Made by a program: the position numbers and the translations under genes
Notes under the pieces: generated by a model
What the model was told of the DNA's origin: nothing
Database searches by the model: none
The model's input: the letters and a program-made list of their open reading frames with translations, nothing else
Source: Marsupella aquatica
Lineage: Eukaryota > Plantae > Marchantiophyta
Reading direction: 5' to 3'
Assembly (NCBI GenBank): GCA_973895155.1
Contig: OZ316893.1
Span: 26,276,798-26,340,797 of the forward strand
Length of the DNA stretch: 64,000 bases
Shown here: in pieces, positions 37,054 to 49,077 of the stretch
Layout of the letters: the number at the start of each line of letters is the position of its first letter
Numbering within the stretch: the first letter of the stretch is position 1

Positions 37054-39992
37054 GCTAACATTCAGTTTCGCTATAAGGCTGTACAGGGCTTTGAACTATA
37101 GCAGCGAAGTCTGCTGCACTTTGTCCTAGTTGCAATTGCCCCATGTCATCCTGATAAATATGATTGAAATTTCCGTTCTGGCAAGACTCAACCCAAAGTT
37201 ACATCTGTCTGCGTCATGAGCATAAGGATCCATTACCACTGAAGTACTTGAAAGCAAAATCAAGATGAATCGCTTCCTAGGGCAATGAAGCGACTTCTGG
37301 ACTCCATGGCCTGTCCTGCTTCCAACATAGGAAAGGGTCTGGCAACTGTTTCTTTGAGAGTAGTCGACAATCAAATGAGAATTCGATGATTTCCTGGTAT
37401 TGTGAATCGAGTAGTGGACTTCTTTACCATGGACATGAGATTTGACGTAAAAGGAGTTGATGCAAGATGAGCAAAATCTTGCAGCCCAATCTAGGATTAT
37501 GTTTTAGTGTCCTATGAGAAAACATATTCCTGAATTATGTACTGAAAAGAGTTTAGGTCAAGCCTAAATTTGGCGAGAGTCATTGGATGTCTCATTGAGC
37601 AATGTAAGAATCTCATGAGAATTCATACTTCAGTGAAACAGACAAATAAAGGATACCGTGTCTGTGGTCACTCAAGTACGTTTGTTTCCACTGTCAGGAA
37701 TTCGCAATTCCTCAGATATACTAGTACTTTCTGAGATCGAATCTCGGCTTTGGGTTCCTGACTTATGCATATGCCTGTTCACAATGAAAGAACGGGGCTA
37801 TTCTTGTGGAAAGGTTTTTGCCAACCTCTTCCATGGTATTTTCTATCTTGGGAGTTCTGATGGCGACTTGTCGTGTTTTGCTAGGTATTCGACTGGTTAG
37901 AATAAAAGTTTCCTATGACGATGACAAAATAGGGGATAGTACAGAGCTATGTCGCTGACTGATACCAACGATGACTCTTCGTATAAAATAAAGACGTTCT
38001 AAAAAAACCTGATAGGCTTATTGCTTGTGACTGTAAGTTCACCACTGCTCTGCCATTCTGCAGGTTTGGGTAACTTGTAATGAAGGTAGTCAATTTTGAT
38101 AGCAAGAATTGTTCAATTCCCCCATCTTAGACTGGGCCGTCTGAATCGCTGTGTATATATTCCCAATTTTTTAGTCCTGGTTGTCATTGTGGTTTGTTTG
38201 CAATTTGCTGTCAAGGGTTTAGTCTAGCAAGGCCGCGACAGGAGAAGACTCGTGGACAGGTTGGGATGATCACGATGGAAACGTCGTTGATACTTTCTTT
38301 AGTGTGGACCACAAGCTTGAACAGAAGAAATCTGATGGATGGGAGGACTGGAATGATGGCCATGTTCAGTGGACCTAAGGGGGGTTCACGGAAAGTGAAT
38401 GTTTGAGTAATGCCGCTGAATTCCTGACTGGATTTGCAGCTGTCATGATTCGTTGGAGATGAAATTTATATAAAAGGGATGGCAGTGGGCATTCACATTG
38501 CTTTCCAGTGTTCGGTACAGACTATTTTTTCCAGTTTCTCTTCGATAGAGCTTCCGTAGGAGTGATGAAGAATAGATGGAGGAAGATTATAGGACTGTTG
38601 CGATATATTTGGTGTTGATCTTCACTCATGCAAGAGCCCTCTTCGTTTGTTTACTGAAATGTTCTTAGATCAAAATCTCAGAACATAACTCTATCTCTTG
38701 AGAGTCTGCCATCTTGTCTGGAGTTGTTGGGCGATGAATCTAAGCTATCCAAAATGCTCAGATGGAAAACGTTTGCTTTATGCATTTCCCTGATGACTCC
38801 CTAGCATGATGTGCTTCAGTACCTCTTGTACCTCCTTTTAGAATGAAAATTAGGCACGTTCGACAGGCGTCAAGCCCTCCCCCAAAAGCCCTCCTCTTGA
38901 GATGATATTTTGGATGGGACTCGGGGGCTCATTTCATATCTGTTTTTGAAGGTGGCCAATGTAAAGACTTCTATGATCAGGAAATTGGGTCCGAACACAT
39001 ATAAAACAGCCCTCACTCTTATTCCTTGATCTTGTGCAAATCTAACTGTTTAGAATCCGGGATATTCTAACAAGAATTCATTCCTGAGTTGGGAGATTTC
39101 TCTGTTTGGGAGGTCTTTGGCCGGATGCTTGCACTACTAGGGCACCCTTAACAATCTGTTTTGGGGAGGTTTTAAGCAACCCTAATGATGCGGGCTGGGT
39201 CACAGGTCAAAAATATGTGGGTCCCTGGCACCTCCTGGAGATCTACCTCAGAAAGGACTAAGCCAAATAACATTTCAAAATTCAGGCTGGGAATCCCTAT
39301 TTTGGCAATGTCTTCAATTACATGGCTATCAACTACAGATCTTGGGATGGACTATGGGAAATTCATGATGATATCCTGCAAGTCTCACTGGTGCCTCCCA
39401 ACCGCCTATGATTTAGAGTCCATTTCAAGGGTAGAAGTTGCACTGCAGGCTCAACTCATGTTGTTTTGCTTTATCACGGACCCACTGCAGGTACCTCTCC
39501 ACTGGCCGGTCTTTGGAGTTTTGCTACTCCTTCGGCAGTAATTAAATTTCTTGTTTGGCTCCTTTCTTGGCTGGGCCTGCTTCTCTTCTGGTGCCTGCCT
39601 CTCCGGTTCCTTGGGCTCCATGACCTTTGGTCTTCACAAGTGCCCACCCCCATTTGTGGGCCACCCTGTTGTATGCTGGCTTTTTGAATTTCAATTGATT
39701 TTTTGGAGGGATACCCGAGAATGGCTACTGCCACTGACTTGGGTAGTCAGTGCACTGCATCTGCACCAAAAATAGGACCGTGCATGTCCATTCACACCCT
39801 TCAAGAATTGTCCCTGCCTTTAAAAAAATTGATCAAATTCAAACTTAAAGATGTTGAGTTAACCCTAGGTGTTGTGACCCATGTTAAACTGCAAACCCCT
39901 TCGTTAGGTTTGCCTGAAAGCTGGTTTTGGTCAGGGTCTCAGACTGAATTTTCCTATAGGTTATGACTAAAAAAACTGGGGAGTCTCCCACT

Positions 39993-40460
39993 GAAATTTC
40001 CCATGGGTTAAATTATCCATAGGGGATGACTGAAAAAAACTTGGGAAAAACAGGTTTGAGAGGCCCTACTGTACTCCTCCAAGATAGGAGCAAAATCCCA
40101 CCTTAAGTTGATAGTGACTCCTGATGCAATAGGTGAAACAACTTTGAAGTACTTTGTCACTAAAGATGTTCTAATTGACAATACTTACACCCTTTCATTT
40201 CATATTTATAAGAAAGACACACTTTTGTATATGGATGACAAGTTCAAGAAGGTAACCAGGGGCAAAACCGTGACATTTTTGTGAATACAATAAAACGGTA
40301 CCAGTATTGTAAATTCAAATATCTTTAATGGCAATTAATGTGCTTAGAATTTCCCATAGGTGAGATTATCCATAGGGAATGACTGAAAAAAACTTGGGAA
40401 GAATAGGTTTGAGAGGCTCTACTGTAGTCCTCTATGATAGGAGCAAAATCCCACCTTAAG
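39993..40460. repeat. Dispersed direct duplication of ~115 bp (about 39993-40107 and 40348-40460)
   Basis: AATTTCCCAT.GGT...ATTATCCATAGGG.ATGACTGAAAAAAACTTGGGAA...GATAGGAGCAAAATCCCACCTTAAG occurs twice. Confidence 0.85.
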
Positions 40461-40486
40461 GGTGATCATGATTCCAGAGGAGGTTG

Positions 40487-40667
40487 GAGGTATTTGCTTT
40501 GATCCACCCACAAAATGAAACTTGTTACTTGATCGACCCCCTGAGGTCTATCAACGGTCCAGATCTGAGATCGAAAGGTCCATCAACGATCCAGATTGGG
40601 GAAAAGTATCAGGGGGTTGATTAAGCAAACTTTTTCCAGAAGGGGGACTACTAAAAGCATATCTCTC
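40487..40667. mobile_element. Mutator-like (MULE) MITE with a 9-bp target-site duplication
   Basis: The TIRs are GAGGTATTTGCTTT / AAAGCATATCTCTC, with an inner inverted pair TTACTTGATCGACCCCCTGA / TCAGGGGGTTGATTAAGCAA. AGGAGGTTG flanks both sides (40478-40486 and 40668-40676). Confidence 0.85.
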
Positions 40668-41556
40668 AGGAGGTTGATGTTTACATCATGGGCTACTACT
40701 GAGTCTTCGTCAAAGTCTGGGTTGATTCGTTGTTTTCTGGTGCAAATGGTTGATGTCTGCATCGACAGAATCAGTACACAATTACAGCAGGGCTTGGAGC
40801 AGAGCTTTAGGTGAGAGAGCGAACCATCTGCTTCAGATGATACAGGTCTGTTGCTTTCCCCACCTTTCTTGAAGGATTCGCTTTGCATGACGAACTTGAG
40901 AGACAGCTCTTGAGCCATTCGAAAGGAATTCGGGTTGTGTTCTTCACTCGGTGAGGTTTTCAAGTGCCACCGATGGAGAAGATGTAAGGCCATTTAGGAA
41001 GAGATAATCATCTATTTCTCTGCAATTGAACCGGAGCGTTCGAGCCCCAGGAGAATGTCAAATTCTGCGGACCAGGACTGCTTCAGTGGTCGGGTTTAGG
41101 ATTTGCTCTGAAGTGGTGGCGAATTCCTCGACGGAGCAGCTTCTTTGCGATCAGATCAGAAGCAGCCCAAGCGGCAACAATTTGCTCACTTTGGGCTAGC
41201 TCCAGAGGTTCTCGAGGCCGAGAGCGACTGTGCTTACCCTTGTTGATGGTGGAGCGAAAGGAGCAAGGCAGCTGTGGATAGCTGGAAGAATAGCTCCGGG
41301 AATGATTGTGGCTCTCGAAGCATGAGAATACGAATGCCCTATACGTTACTTGATTCTGCTGTAAAGGGAATGGAGTGCTTCATCGTTTTATCGTTTCAGG
41401 GGCCTAATTGCCAACTTATCAAGTGCGGAGGCATCTTCTAAATTATTTTCACTTGGTTCTGCCCCTGTGTTCATCGATCTCACCACGTTAAGCTGGTGAA
41501 GATCTCTTCTGATGGCTGATTGCGTTCCTCCCTCAGCAAATAGGCAATTCTGAGCG

Positions 41557-41725
41557 GTGAACCCTATGCGTCATGATTTTTTACACAGGGTGAGCTTCTG
41601 GGTACTTAATTGTGTGGGTTTTAGCCCTACCAAGGGTTTCTGATAAGTGAACCCTTGTGTCATAAATTTTCACACAGGCTTATCTTCTGGATGCTGTGTT
41701 TTGTGGGTCTTAGACCTACCAAGGG
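41557..41725. repeat. ~91-bp tandem duplication upstream of the DTW ORF
   Basis: GTGAACCCT.TG.GTCAT.A.TTTT..ACACAGG....CTTCTGG...TGTGGGT.TTAG.CCTACCAAGGG occurs twice. Confidence 0.8.
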
Positions 41726-41814
41726 GGCCTCTTCTACTGCCCCCTCTGAATGCTTGTGGATAGGACAGGGCTTTGCACAATCGAATTCTACATGTTCCCC
41801 AAAATTGTCATGTA

Positions 41815-43224
41815 ATGTATAGCTTCCTGCTGATTGAGCCCTTGACTGCTTGCGAAGGGGTTTTCCCTTGGAAGCCTTCCTTCAGTGGTACAGTTTCGCG
41901 CTCCAAATTGCGTTGGCAGTCTAGCGGTATTCAGCAGCCTTTGAGTCCTACTCATCGATGCCTTCATTTTGTACCGATAAAGAACCGGTTGAGCTTTGGT
42001 GCGACACAGCAGGGACTGCTGGAGTCGGCCTGTTGTAGAAAATCTAGCCTGGTGAATTGCTCAAAGCTTGTGAGACTGCCACTTCTACATCCATCAAGCA
42101 TGTCTCAAGTACCTGTTGCTTTACGGTTCTCCAATTTGGAGGTAACTGACGACTGTGATGACCACGGACAGAGGCTACCGTCATCGCTCAATGCTGTCTG
42201 CCGCTGTGAAGCATCCAACGGAAATCCAGCAGGCTCACTTTATCTCAAAGATGGAGAACAGCGACAGATTAAACCGAAGAAGCGGGAATTCTGCAAGAGA
42301 TGTGACAAGCCAGCATCATTGTGTATTTGCCATCATGTTAAAACTGTGGTTGAAAACAAGACATCAATTGTCATCCTGCAACATCCTGAGGAGAAGAGAC
42401 ATCACTTGGGGTCTGCGCGAATCGCTCTCCTTGGGTTGCAGAATGTAGAAATCATTAATGTTCCAGAGGTAGATGAGCCTGTTTCATACAGGATACGAGA
42501 AAAGGTTCCAGGTTCCAAAAGATCCCTCACTGGAAGAGGAGGGAAGAAAGCGCAGAAGCTGAAGGAGGAACTCGAGAAGAAGAAATTACTCCCGAAGATT
42601 CAGCCGGCAGCAACATACCCGGCTGAACAGCAGCTGCGGAGTCAACAGTCGCCCAATCTAGCTAATGGGAAAGGTTCTCACCTTGAATCCAGAAGCACTA
42701 CAATTCCTGGTGGAGACCGCCAATTAGCCCAGAGCAGTTCATTTCCCCCCTCGTGGATTAACCTGCAACCAGATGTGGGCCTTTTGTTCCCGAGTGAGAA
42801 GGCGCTCGATCTTTGGCCCGCTGGTTTAGGACTAACAGAGACCTCTGATTCTGCACTCTATTTTGAATCTAAGGTTGGAGATGGAGAACGGCTCCCTAGC
42901 AATTCACCAAGCCAGTTGATAGTACTGGATGGTACTTGGTCCAAAGCTAAACGGATATATTTCGAGAATCCGTGGTTACATTCGTTGCCTCACTATCGAT
43001 TGCCAACTCTCCAAGATAGCAGATATGGACGTCTTCGGCCTGAGCCTAAACCTGGCTTCGTCTCTACCGTGGAAAGCATTGTGTTAGCCCTGCAATTGCT
43101 GGAGCCTGAGACACGGGACCTGGAATCACTTTTATCTGTTTTTGACAGCATGATGGAGGATCAATTGCGTGCCGTGACAGAAAAAAGAAGTAGCAAGGGC
43201 GCGTATCGTGAGAGCAGTTGTTGA
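41815..43224 (+). CDS. DTW-domain protein (tRNA-uridine aminocarboxypropyltransferase, TapT/DTWD2-like), intronless ORF; true start uncertain (41815 or 42100)
   Basis: It carries the N-terminal CxxCxKPxxxCIC, then ILQHPEE...LGSARIA, LLFPS, the LIVLDGTWSKAK DTW motif and VSTVESI. Confidence 0.9.
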   Translation: MYSFLLIEPLTACEGVFPWKPSFSGTVSRSKLRWQSSGIQQPLSPTHRCLHFVPIKNRLSFGATQQGLLESACCRKSSLVNCSKLVRLPLLHPSSMSQVPVALRFSNLEVTDDCDDHGQRLPSSLNAVCRCEASNGNPAGSLYLKDGEQRQIKPKKREFCKRCDKPASLCICHHVKTVVENKTSIVILQHPEEKRHHLGSARIALLGLQNVEIINVPEVDEPVSYRIREKVPGSKRSLTGRGGKKAQKLKEELEKKKLLPKIQPAATYPAEQQLRSQQSPNLANGKGSHLESRSTTIPGGDRQLAQSSSFPPSWINLQPDVGLLFPSEKALDLWPAGLGLTETSDSALYFESKVGDGERLPSNSPSQLIVLDGTWSKAKRIYFENPWLHSLPHYRLPTLQDSRYGRLRPEPKPGFVSTVESIVLALQLLEPETRDLESLLSVFDSMMEDQLRAVTEKRSSKGAYRESSC

Positions 43225-44293
43225 TGCTGACGGAACAAAGGATAGCATACATTGGGGTCATCAGGTTTTTTCTTAGTGTACAGTGCGATGAATACATGTG
43301 CCTTTCTGGCTCGACCACTGAGTCAGCTAAAGCCGGGTGACCAGATGTGATTTCACCCATTGTTTGGAAACCTTCATTTAAACTCAGATTTCCGTCCAAA
43401 TTCTTCTCTTTTATTTCTGTTTTCATTTAAGCTGAGCAGCCTGAGACGCTTGGATCTGTTTACAGGTGCGAAATCACTGCAGGTGGTGATCTCCAGTTGA
43501 CCAGTCTCAAGATAAGTAGGGTTCGTTTAGGAAAACTGTTAGGAGTAAAGTTACCCTTGACCATGAACCGTCCGCACTGAGGCCCTATCACGTGGGCTCG
43601 GACCTTGCAAACAAGACTCGGTGCGTGTTGTCAAAAAAGCAATCGTGTATGTATCCTTAGCAAGTTGCGAGCAAAACATGTCCTCTAATTGTCAATCGAG
43701 GCTTAAATTGGGGGACAATCCAAATAGATTGGGACATCATCACACTGAGAACCAGCCACTTGAACTTAATCGAGCGCAATGAAACTCTGTACAGAGATAA
43801 TTTTGCTGTAAAAGAACCACAAATGATAAGACTATGTGCAGCACATATGATGAGACAATCTGTAGACTCAAATGACAGTATTATCTATCGAGACCACGTT
43901 TCCCAGCTAAAATTGCGAGACCATCGATAAAGCTTCTGAAGGGTCCTCATGCACATTCTGTATGGCATATTGAGCGCACAATATTTTTGATTTAGGATTT
44001 TTAAAATCAGCACACTCGCTTGATTGAGGTGATCGGAACGCATATGACCTGCTGGTTTTATAAATGTTCATCCTGCTACAAAGCTGTATCGGCACACACT
44101 CATTACACAGCAGTTAGTGCAAAGCAGGTAGCCGAGCTGGCGAGAGAAATGGATAAAGCAAGATTTTAGGTGTATGAAGAATACTATCACGCTGTGTAGT
44201 TCAGAAAGTTGATCATCAGGGGAAGGACCTGAAACTTGCTTTGTTAACTATGCGTGGACGCTCAGAAAGTGTTGTGGAATTTGAAATTTGAAA

Positions 44294-44409
44294 TTTTCAG
44301 AAGTGGCACACTAGGAAGTCCCTAACTCCCAGAGTTCCCCAATCTGGGTTTGATATTTTCAGAAGTGGCACACTTGGAAGTCCCTAACTCCCAGAGTTCC
44401 CCAATCTGG
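44294..44409. repeat. ~62-bp tandem duplication
   Basis: TTTTCAGAAGTGGCACACT.GGAAGTCCCTAACTCCCAGAGTTCCCCAATCTGG occurs twice. Confidence 0.9.
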
Positions 44410-45830
44410 CAGAGATTTAGAAAAATACCTCCATAGCTATATTGAATCGAGATTGAACGTCTGCTACAACGTCATGCGTGCTCAATGGTTTCTGCACACC
44501 CATCATTGTAGGGAGATATTCTCAGCTTTGTAATACCCGTGTGAGTCACAGCTTCTTTCAAGGTTTTCATGGTAAGAAAGACGTGAACTGGCGATTTTGT
44601 TTTTCGATAAGGAACCACAACAATTCTAGTATTTCGAGCATCTTGAGCTAGTGGCGGACGGGAACGCCACCACGATTTGGAGAGGTTCCCTTCCTACAGT
44701 AGGGAGGAGGAAAATCGGTCACTTCACAAGTTATTGGGAGCAGGAGTGGCTCATGGAGACTACAGTTACAGCTGGAATGCATTCTCTCAGGGTAGACGTG
44801 GCACCCTTTCTCGGGCCCTTGGAATACCTTTCGTTCTATTCCACTGGGAGCTTCGATAAGTTGTTCTCCATACCTGTCACAAAAAGAAATTCCTTTCTGT
44901 CGAGAAGATTCAAAATATCGACTATGACAATTTGATTTTCTCTACCGTGAATTGCGGGACGGCGGTGAGGATTGTTTCTGGAAGGCAAGAGTGCCTTGTC
45001 ATCCATCATACTTACGTTGGCGACTAATCACTGATGTCCCTTATTGTTTGCAAGTACTATTGATCTAGTAATGGCATCGGCATGCCCGCACCACAGGGAT
45101 CTGCATCCGATCCATCCAACAATTCATAAATGATTAAGTAATTTTAGCTCACAAGACTAGCGTCAAGAATTCAGCTCCAAATGAGGAAGCACAAAAAAGC
45201 CATACCCAGCTCACCCACAGTTGAGGATATTGAAGTAGGGGTTGACGTCAAAAAAGGCGTCTGGGCCCTTCTGGTGCGGAATCCACAATATTTGTGTGCA
45301 TTCACAACTTTGCAAGTTTTCGTGGAACGGTGCCCTCCGAGTAGAATGTTCGCTATCATTGTCCAGATTTAGTTGCCATCTTGCAGTATCAAACCCATTG
45401 TCCTGCCACCCGGACGAAACTTGGTGCGCTGGCTGTACTACCTGTCGAGGAAGAAAGTTCTGTTGGAGTCTCCCGTCAAAGTTCTCAAATCCATTTTCCT
45501 GCCAGTCATTTCAGCCTCGAAAGATTTAGTGCCAACTCAACAGATAGGGTTTTTGCAGAAGTCGTCGTGTTCCTTGGCAAGCCTTAGGGGAGGTTTTAAT
45601 GGCAAAACAGTTGACCGTATACACGATGGTTTAAGCTACCCTGATGCTGCTGGAGTTTCCTTCTTGCGCTATCGAGGTCAATTTCCTGCCAATGACAGTA
45701 GTTTGCAAAGACTAAATACAGGCTAAGTAAATTTTACTTGGATCTGTAGCCAGAATATAGCTTCTCATGCTCCATCTCCATATGTGTGGCAGAATTTGAA
45801 TGCTGTAAAGAACGAGATGGAATAATTTAC

Positions 45831-48083
45831 CTGATTGGGTATGGTAGCCTCGAGAAGACTAACGCGACCCTCAAGACTCACAAGTTTTTCCTGTAATCCG
45901 ATGCATCAAAGGTGACTCGGGAGTTGGAACGAAGAAGAGTAATGGAACAAATCAGACTCCATTGCTCAATAACAAATATGTTACTCCCAACAAGCATTTG
46001 AGACCACCGCCAGTAAGTTACACCCAAAACGTCATGAAGATGTGACCTCTAGCGTTATGTGCAATTCAAAACGGCCCACCTGGGTACAACCAACAACCAA
46101 AACAAAATGAAAGAGTCGAATACGATTTTGACTTTCGGTAATGATTGAACTGTCATTTTTAACCAAACTCAAGTTCTGCGGTACCAGATGTACTTGGTAA
46201 TATCTACTGGATAAAGATAGTGCTGCTTGCATGCGTGTAAGGTGATAGATGGCTGAGGTATACGAGAGCAGACCTTGTGAATGTGTTTCTTCTCATGGAC
46301 TTGCTTCAAAAGCTCCTTATGCTTTCTTTTGCTCATCTGTTTGAACCAGCCCACCAATCTCCAATCTGTGAGGATGGATGTAGTTGGCTGGTCTTTGCCA
46401 GGACCATCATAAACTTAACACATTCACCTAGAGACGAAGCTTCAAGACAAAAGATCGGGTTCGGAGATTGACGAATTCGGGAAAGTGGGTGCTCGATACC
46501 TGAACATGTGATTGCTTGGGGACTAAACAACATTCCCCTAAAACATTTTAGTGAACTTTCAATTTGGAAAAGACGGCTGTGAGAACTCATCCGGATCGAC
46601 ATTAAAGTAGCACATGCTATCGACCAGATTATTCTTCAGTGCGCTGTTGCGCTAACCATCATTGGGAAGGCAAGGGCGAGCTGATTGTTAATAATGGGGG
46701 AACTAATCTGTTGAAGGATGTCTGCGAGACGCACCTGTATGACGTCGCAGAGGAAGAGCAATTTCCGTTCTGCGTATCCTCTTGCAAATAGCTGTCCATT
46801 GACATCATGACAACTCAAATCCGTCAAATTCCGATCTGTAGTATACAATCTTCTCTGCGTGAAGCTACAGGCCATGAATATCCTAGGAAACCAATTCGCG
46901 TGAGTCTTTTCGTTGTTATTGAAGCAGAGATCTCAACGCTGACTTCCAGTCTCTTACTATTAGAACTAGTGGAAAATCTCGTGGGCCGGTGGAGCTCAGA
47001 TGCATCTGTCACTATGATCAAAATTTTGCAACTTTCTGCTGATTTAAGAGAAAAAGCTGTTGTTAGGATAAACCTGCTCGCTCTCTGCAGCACAGAGAAC
47101 TTTGGGCTGTCGCAACATAATCAAACACCAGGAGAAAGAAAATTCAGCTACACTAGACTCGCATGTCCTAGATTGCCCAGTGAGTTAACTGACAAAAATC
47201 TGATTCCCAATTACACATTCTGGCTCATAGATAGCGGAGCGCCTCTGAGATCCAATCTTGCCATAGGCCGATATTGTGATAAGGAGTAATTGAATTGTTC
47301 AATCGCCATGCCAATTACGCACCTGGGCCGTCGTCAACGCGCTCCGGTAGTTCAATTCCTGCCGCAGGAACTTTAAAGTACTCTCCACAAATCTCTGCCA
47401 AAGAAATCAAATTTGTCAATTTCCTTGGATTGTTTTCAACGAAGCCCGTCCTTAGCTCAAGTGATACAGTCGTACAAAATTGAGACAGAGACGGCGTGTT
47501 CAGAGTCTTCTACAAATTGCCGGTCTTCAGGCAACCTCAGAGTGAATTCGAACATCTGACCAACGGCATCGACTTACTAAGTCGCTCTTTGCCCAGAGCT
47601 CGTAGCCGTTCGCGGACAAGAAGCGGGCTAAGTGACGAGAGAACCCTAGTAACGCATAATGCACGAGAGGTAGTATGCAGGCAGGTATTCCCTCCTTCAA
47701 GCTGCTCGATCACAAACAATCAACATTATTAGCCATTCGGAAGTCAATTCCATTTCAGCGAGACATTCTGTTCGATCTCGAGGTAATAGGTGGTCCACAG
47801 CTATAAAAGTTGTGGCAACTTATGGATGGCCCCCGGGGTCCAGGTGGACGACGACTCATTTCTCGCGTGCTTGCATTTGTTGAAATAAACCTGATGACAG
47901 TTTTCGAATTATTGAAGATGGATGCGTCTCGAGTTCATTCCAAGGCTGGGCCCGAAGTTCAGAGATTGACGAAACAATAAATCAAAGTACGCACCCTTGC
48001 ACGTCGAATGCGTGGGGATACTGAATCGATTGCAGATGTCCGCGAAGGCGCTCCAAGTTGCCTTCAAGATCCCCAGTCGTCAT
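45831..48083 (-). CDS. CEP44: Centrosomal protein CEP44 homolog, spliced. Exons 48083..47995, 47701..47578, 47394..47323, 46791..46735, 46336..46274, probably 45890..45831; further 3' exons towards ~44800 unresolved
   Basis: GT-AG joins give MTTGDLEGNLERLRGHLQSIQYPHAFDVQG-LKEGIPACILPLVHYALLGFSRHLARFLSANGYELWAKSDL-RFVESTLKFLRQELNYRSALTTAQ-LFARGYAERKLLFLCDVIQ-MSKRKHKEL. This matches the CEP44 N-terminal domain (MATGDL...AKNDLRF...GFAE.K...CD). Confidence 0.9.
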
Positions 48084-48654
48084 ATGTTTTCCACCCCCTA
48101 AACTGCACCTAGTCGTCAAGAATCGTTGCCGAGTGCGGTCCGTTTGCAGAGAATCGTACAAAGAGAGTTTGACTCATCGATTGGCGCCTAACTAAGAGCC
48201 AGAGCCTCCATTTCGATGGTGAGACGCGTGCAGCTCGGCCCGGGGTGACGCCAAGAAAAGCAAGCAGGTTCAGTAGAAGAAGGATTGGCGAGGGCGGGAA
48301 GCGTCGCGGAGAGAAGAGCAGACCTGAATGAGTTTCTCGGAGAGAGCTGATTGTTTCACAACCTCATGCATGCTTGTCAGCCCGAGTTTTACCCAACTTC
48401 CAATTCAAGCTCAAAAGCTCGTCTATCCACAAATACAGCTTGTGTTTTATATGTTTCCATTTTTGTATTAATAACATACAAGTGCCGGCACTGGCAGAGT
48501 CATCCCCTTTCGAAGGGACATCAAACTTCCACTGAGAATTGAACTAAATTGACACCCTGGCGTCAATGAGAATTGAATCCAGCTTGAACTGAATTGCAAT
48601 TGAGCAAGTATCCGATAGTGAGGATTGGACTGTACATAGCTCAACAACAAGCCA

Positions 48655-49077
48655 TCAAACACCACTCCCGACGAATGGTGCTGGCGCAGGTGCAACTGTG
48701 GCAGTCGCTTGGGACGGCGAATTACCACCTCCCCGCCGGGGAATGAACATGATCAAAGACACACCGGCGAGAGCGATGAAGGCACCGATGAGATCCCACC
48801 TGTCAGGACGATCTCCATCTATAGCCCAGCCCCACATTATGGCGAGAATAATGAAGAATCCGCCGTATGCCGCATACGTGCGGCCAAATACCTGATCCTG
48901 CAGAGTAGGAATCAGTCCATACGCGATGAGAACGAGGTTGCCAAGGATGAAGAAACTCCAATGCCAACCATCTCTTCTCCACTTCCAAACCAGCCATCCC
49001 CCTCCGATCTCGCACAATCCCGCTGCTACAAATAGCGCTACGGACACGACTACTCCTAGTGCCGTGTACTGGACCAT
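48655..49077 (-). CDS. ynfA: YnfA/UPF0060 family small membrane protein (SMR/DMT superfamily), 140 aa, intronless
   Basis: LFVAAGLCEIGGGWLVW, FGRTYAAYGGFFI and DGDRPDRWDLIGA are YnfA signatures, and there are four hydrophobic helices. Confidence 0.92.
   Translation of the reverse strand: MVQYTALGVVVSVALFVAAGLCEIGGGWLVWKWRRDGWHWSFFILGNLVLIAYGLIPTLQDQVFGRTYAAYGGFFIILAIMWGWAIDGDRPDRWDLIGAFIALAGVSLIMFIPRRGGGNSPSQATATVAPAPAPFVGSGV

Noticed and set aside
37900-38830. TGATGA/CTGA words suggestive of C/D snoRNAs downstream of EMB2735
   Set aside because: No convincing C/D box pair with a terminal stem and rRNA guide was found.
40583-41330. 136-aa minus-strand ORF and a possible spliced 53-aa ORF divergent from the DTW gene
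   Set aside because: No recognisable homology, and the longer ORF runs into the MITE; more likely promoter/UTR sequence.
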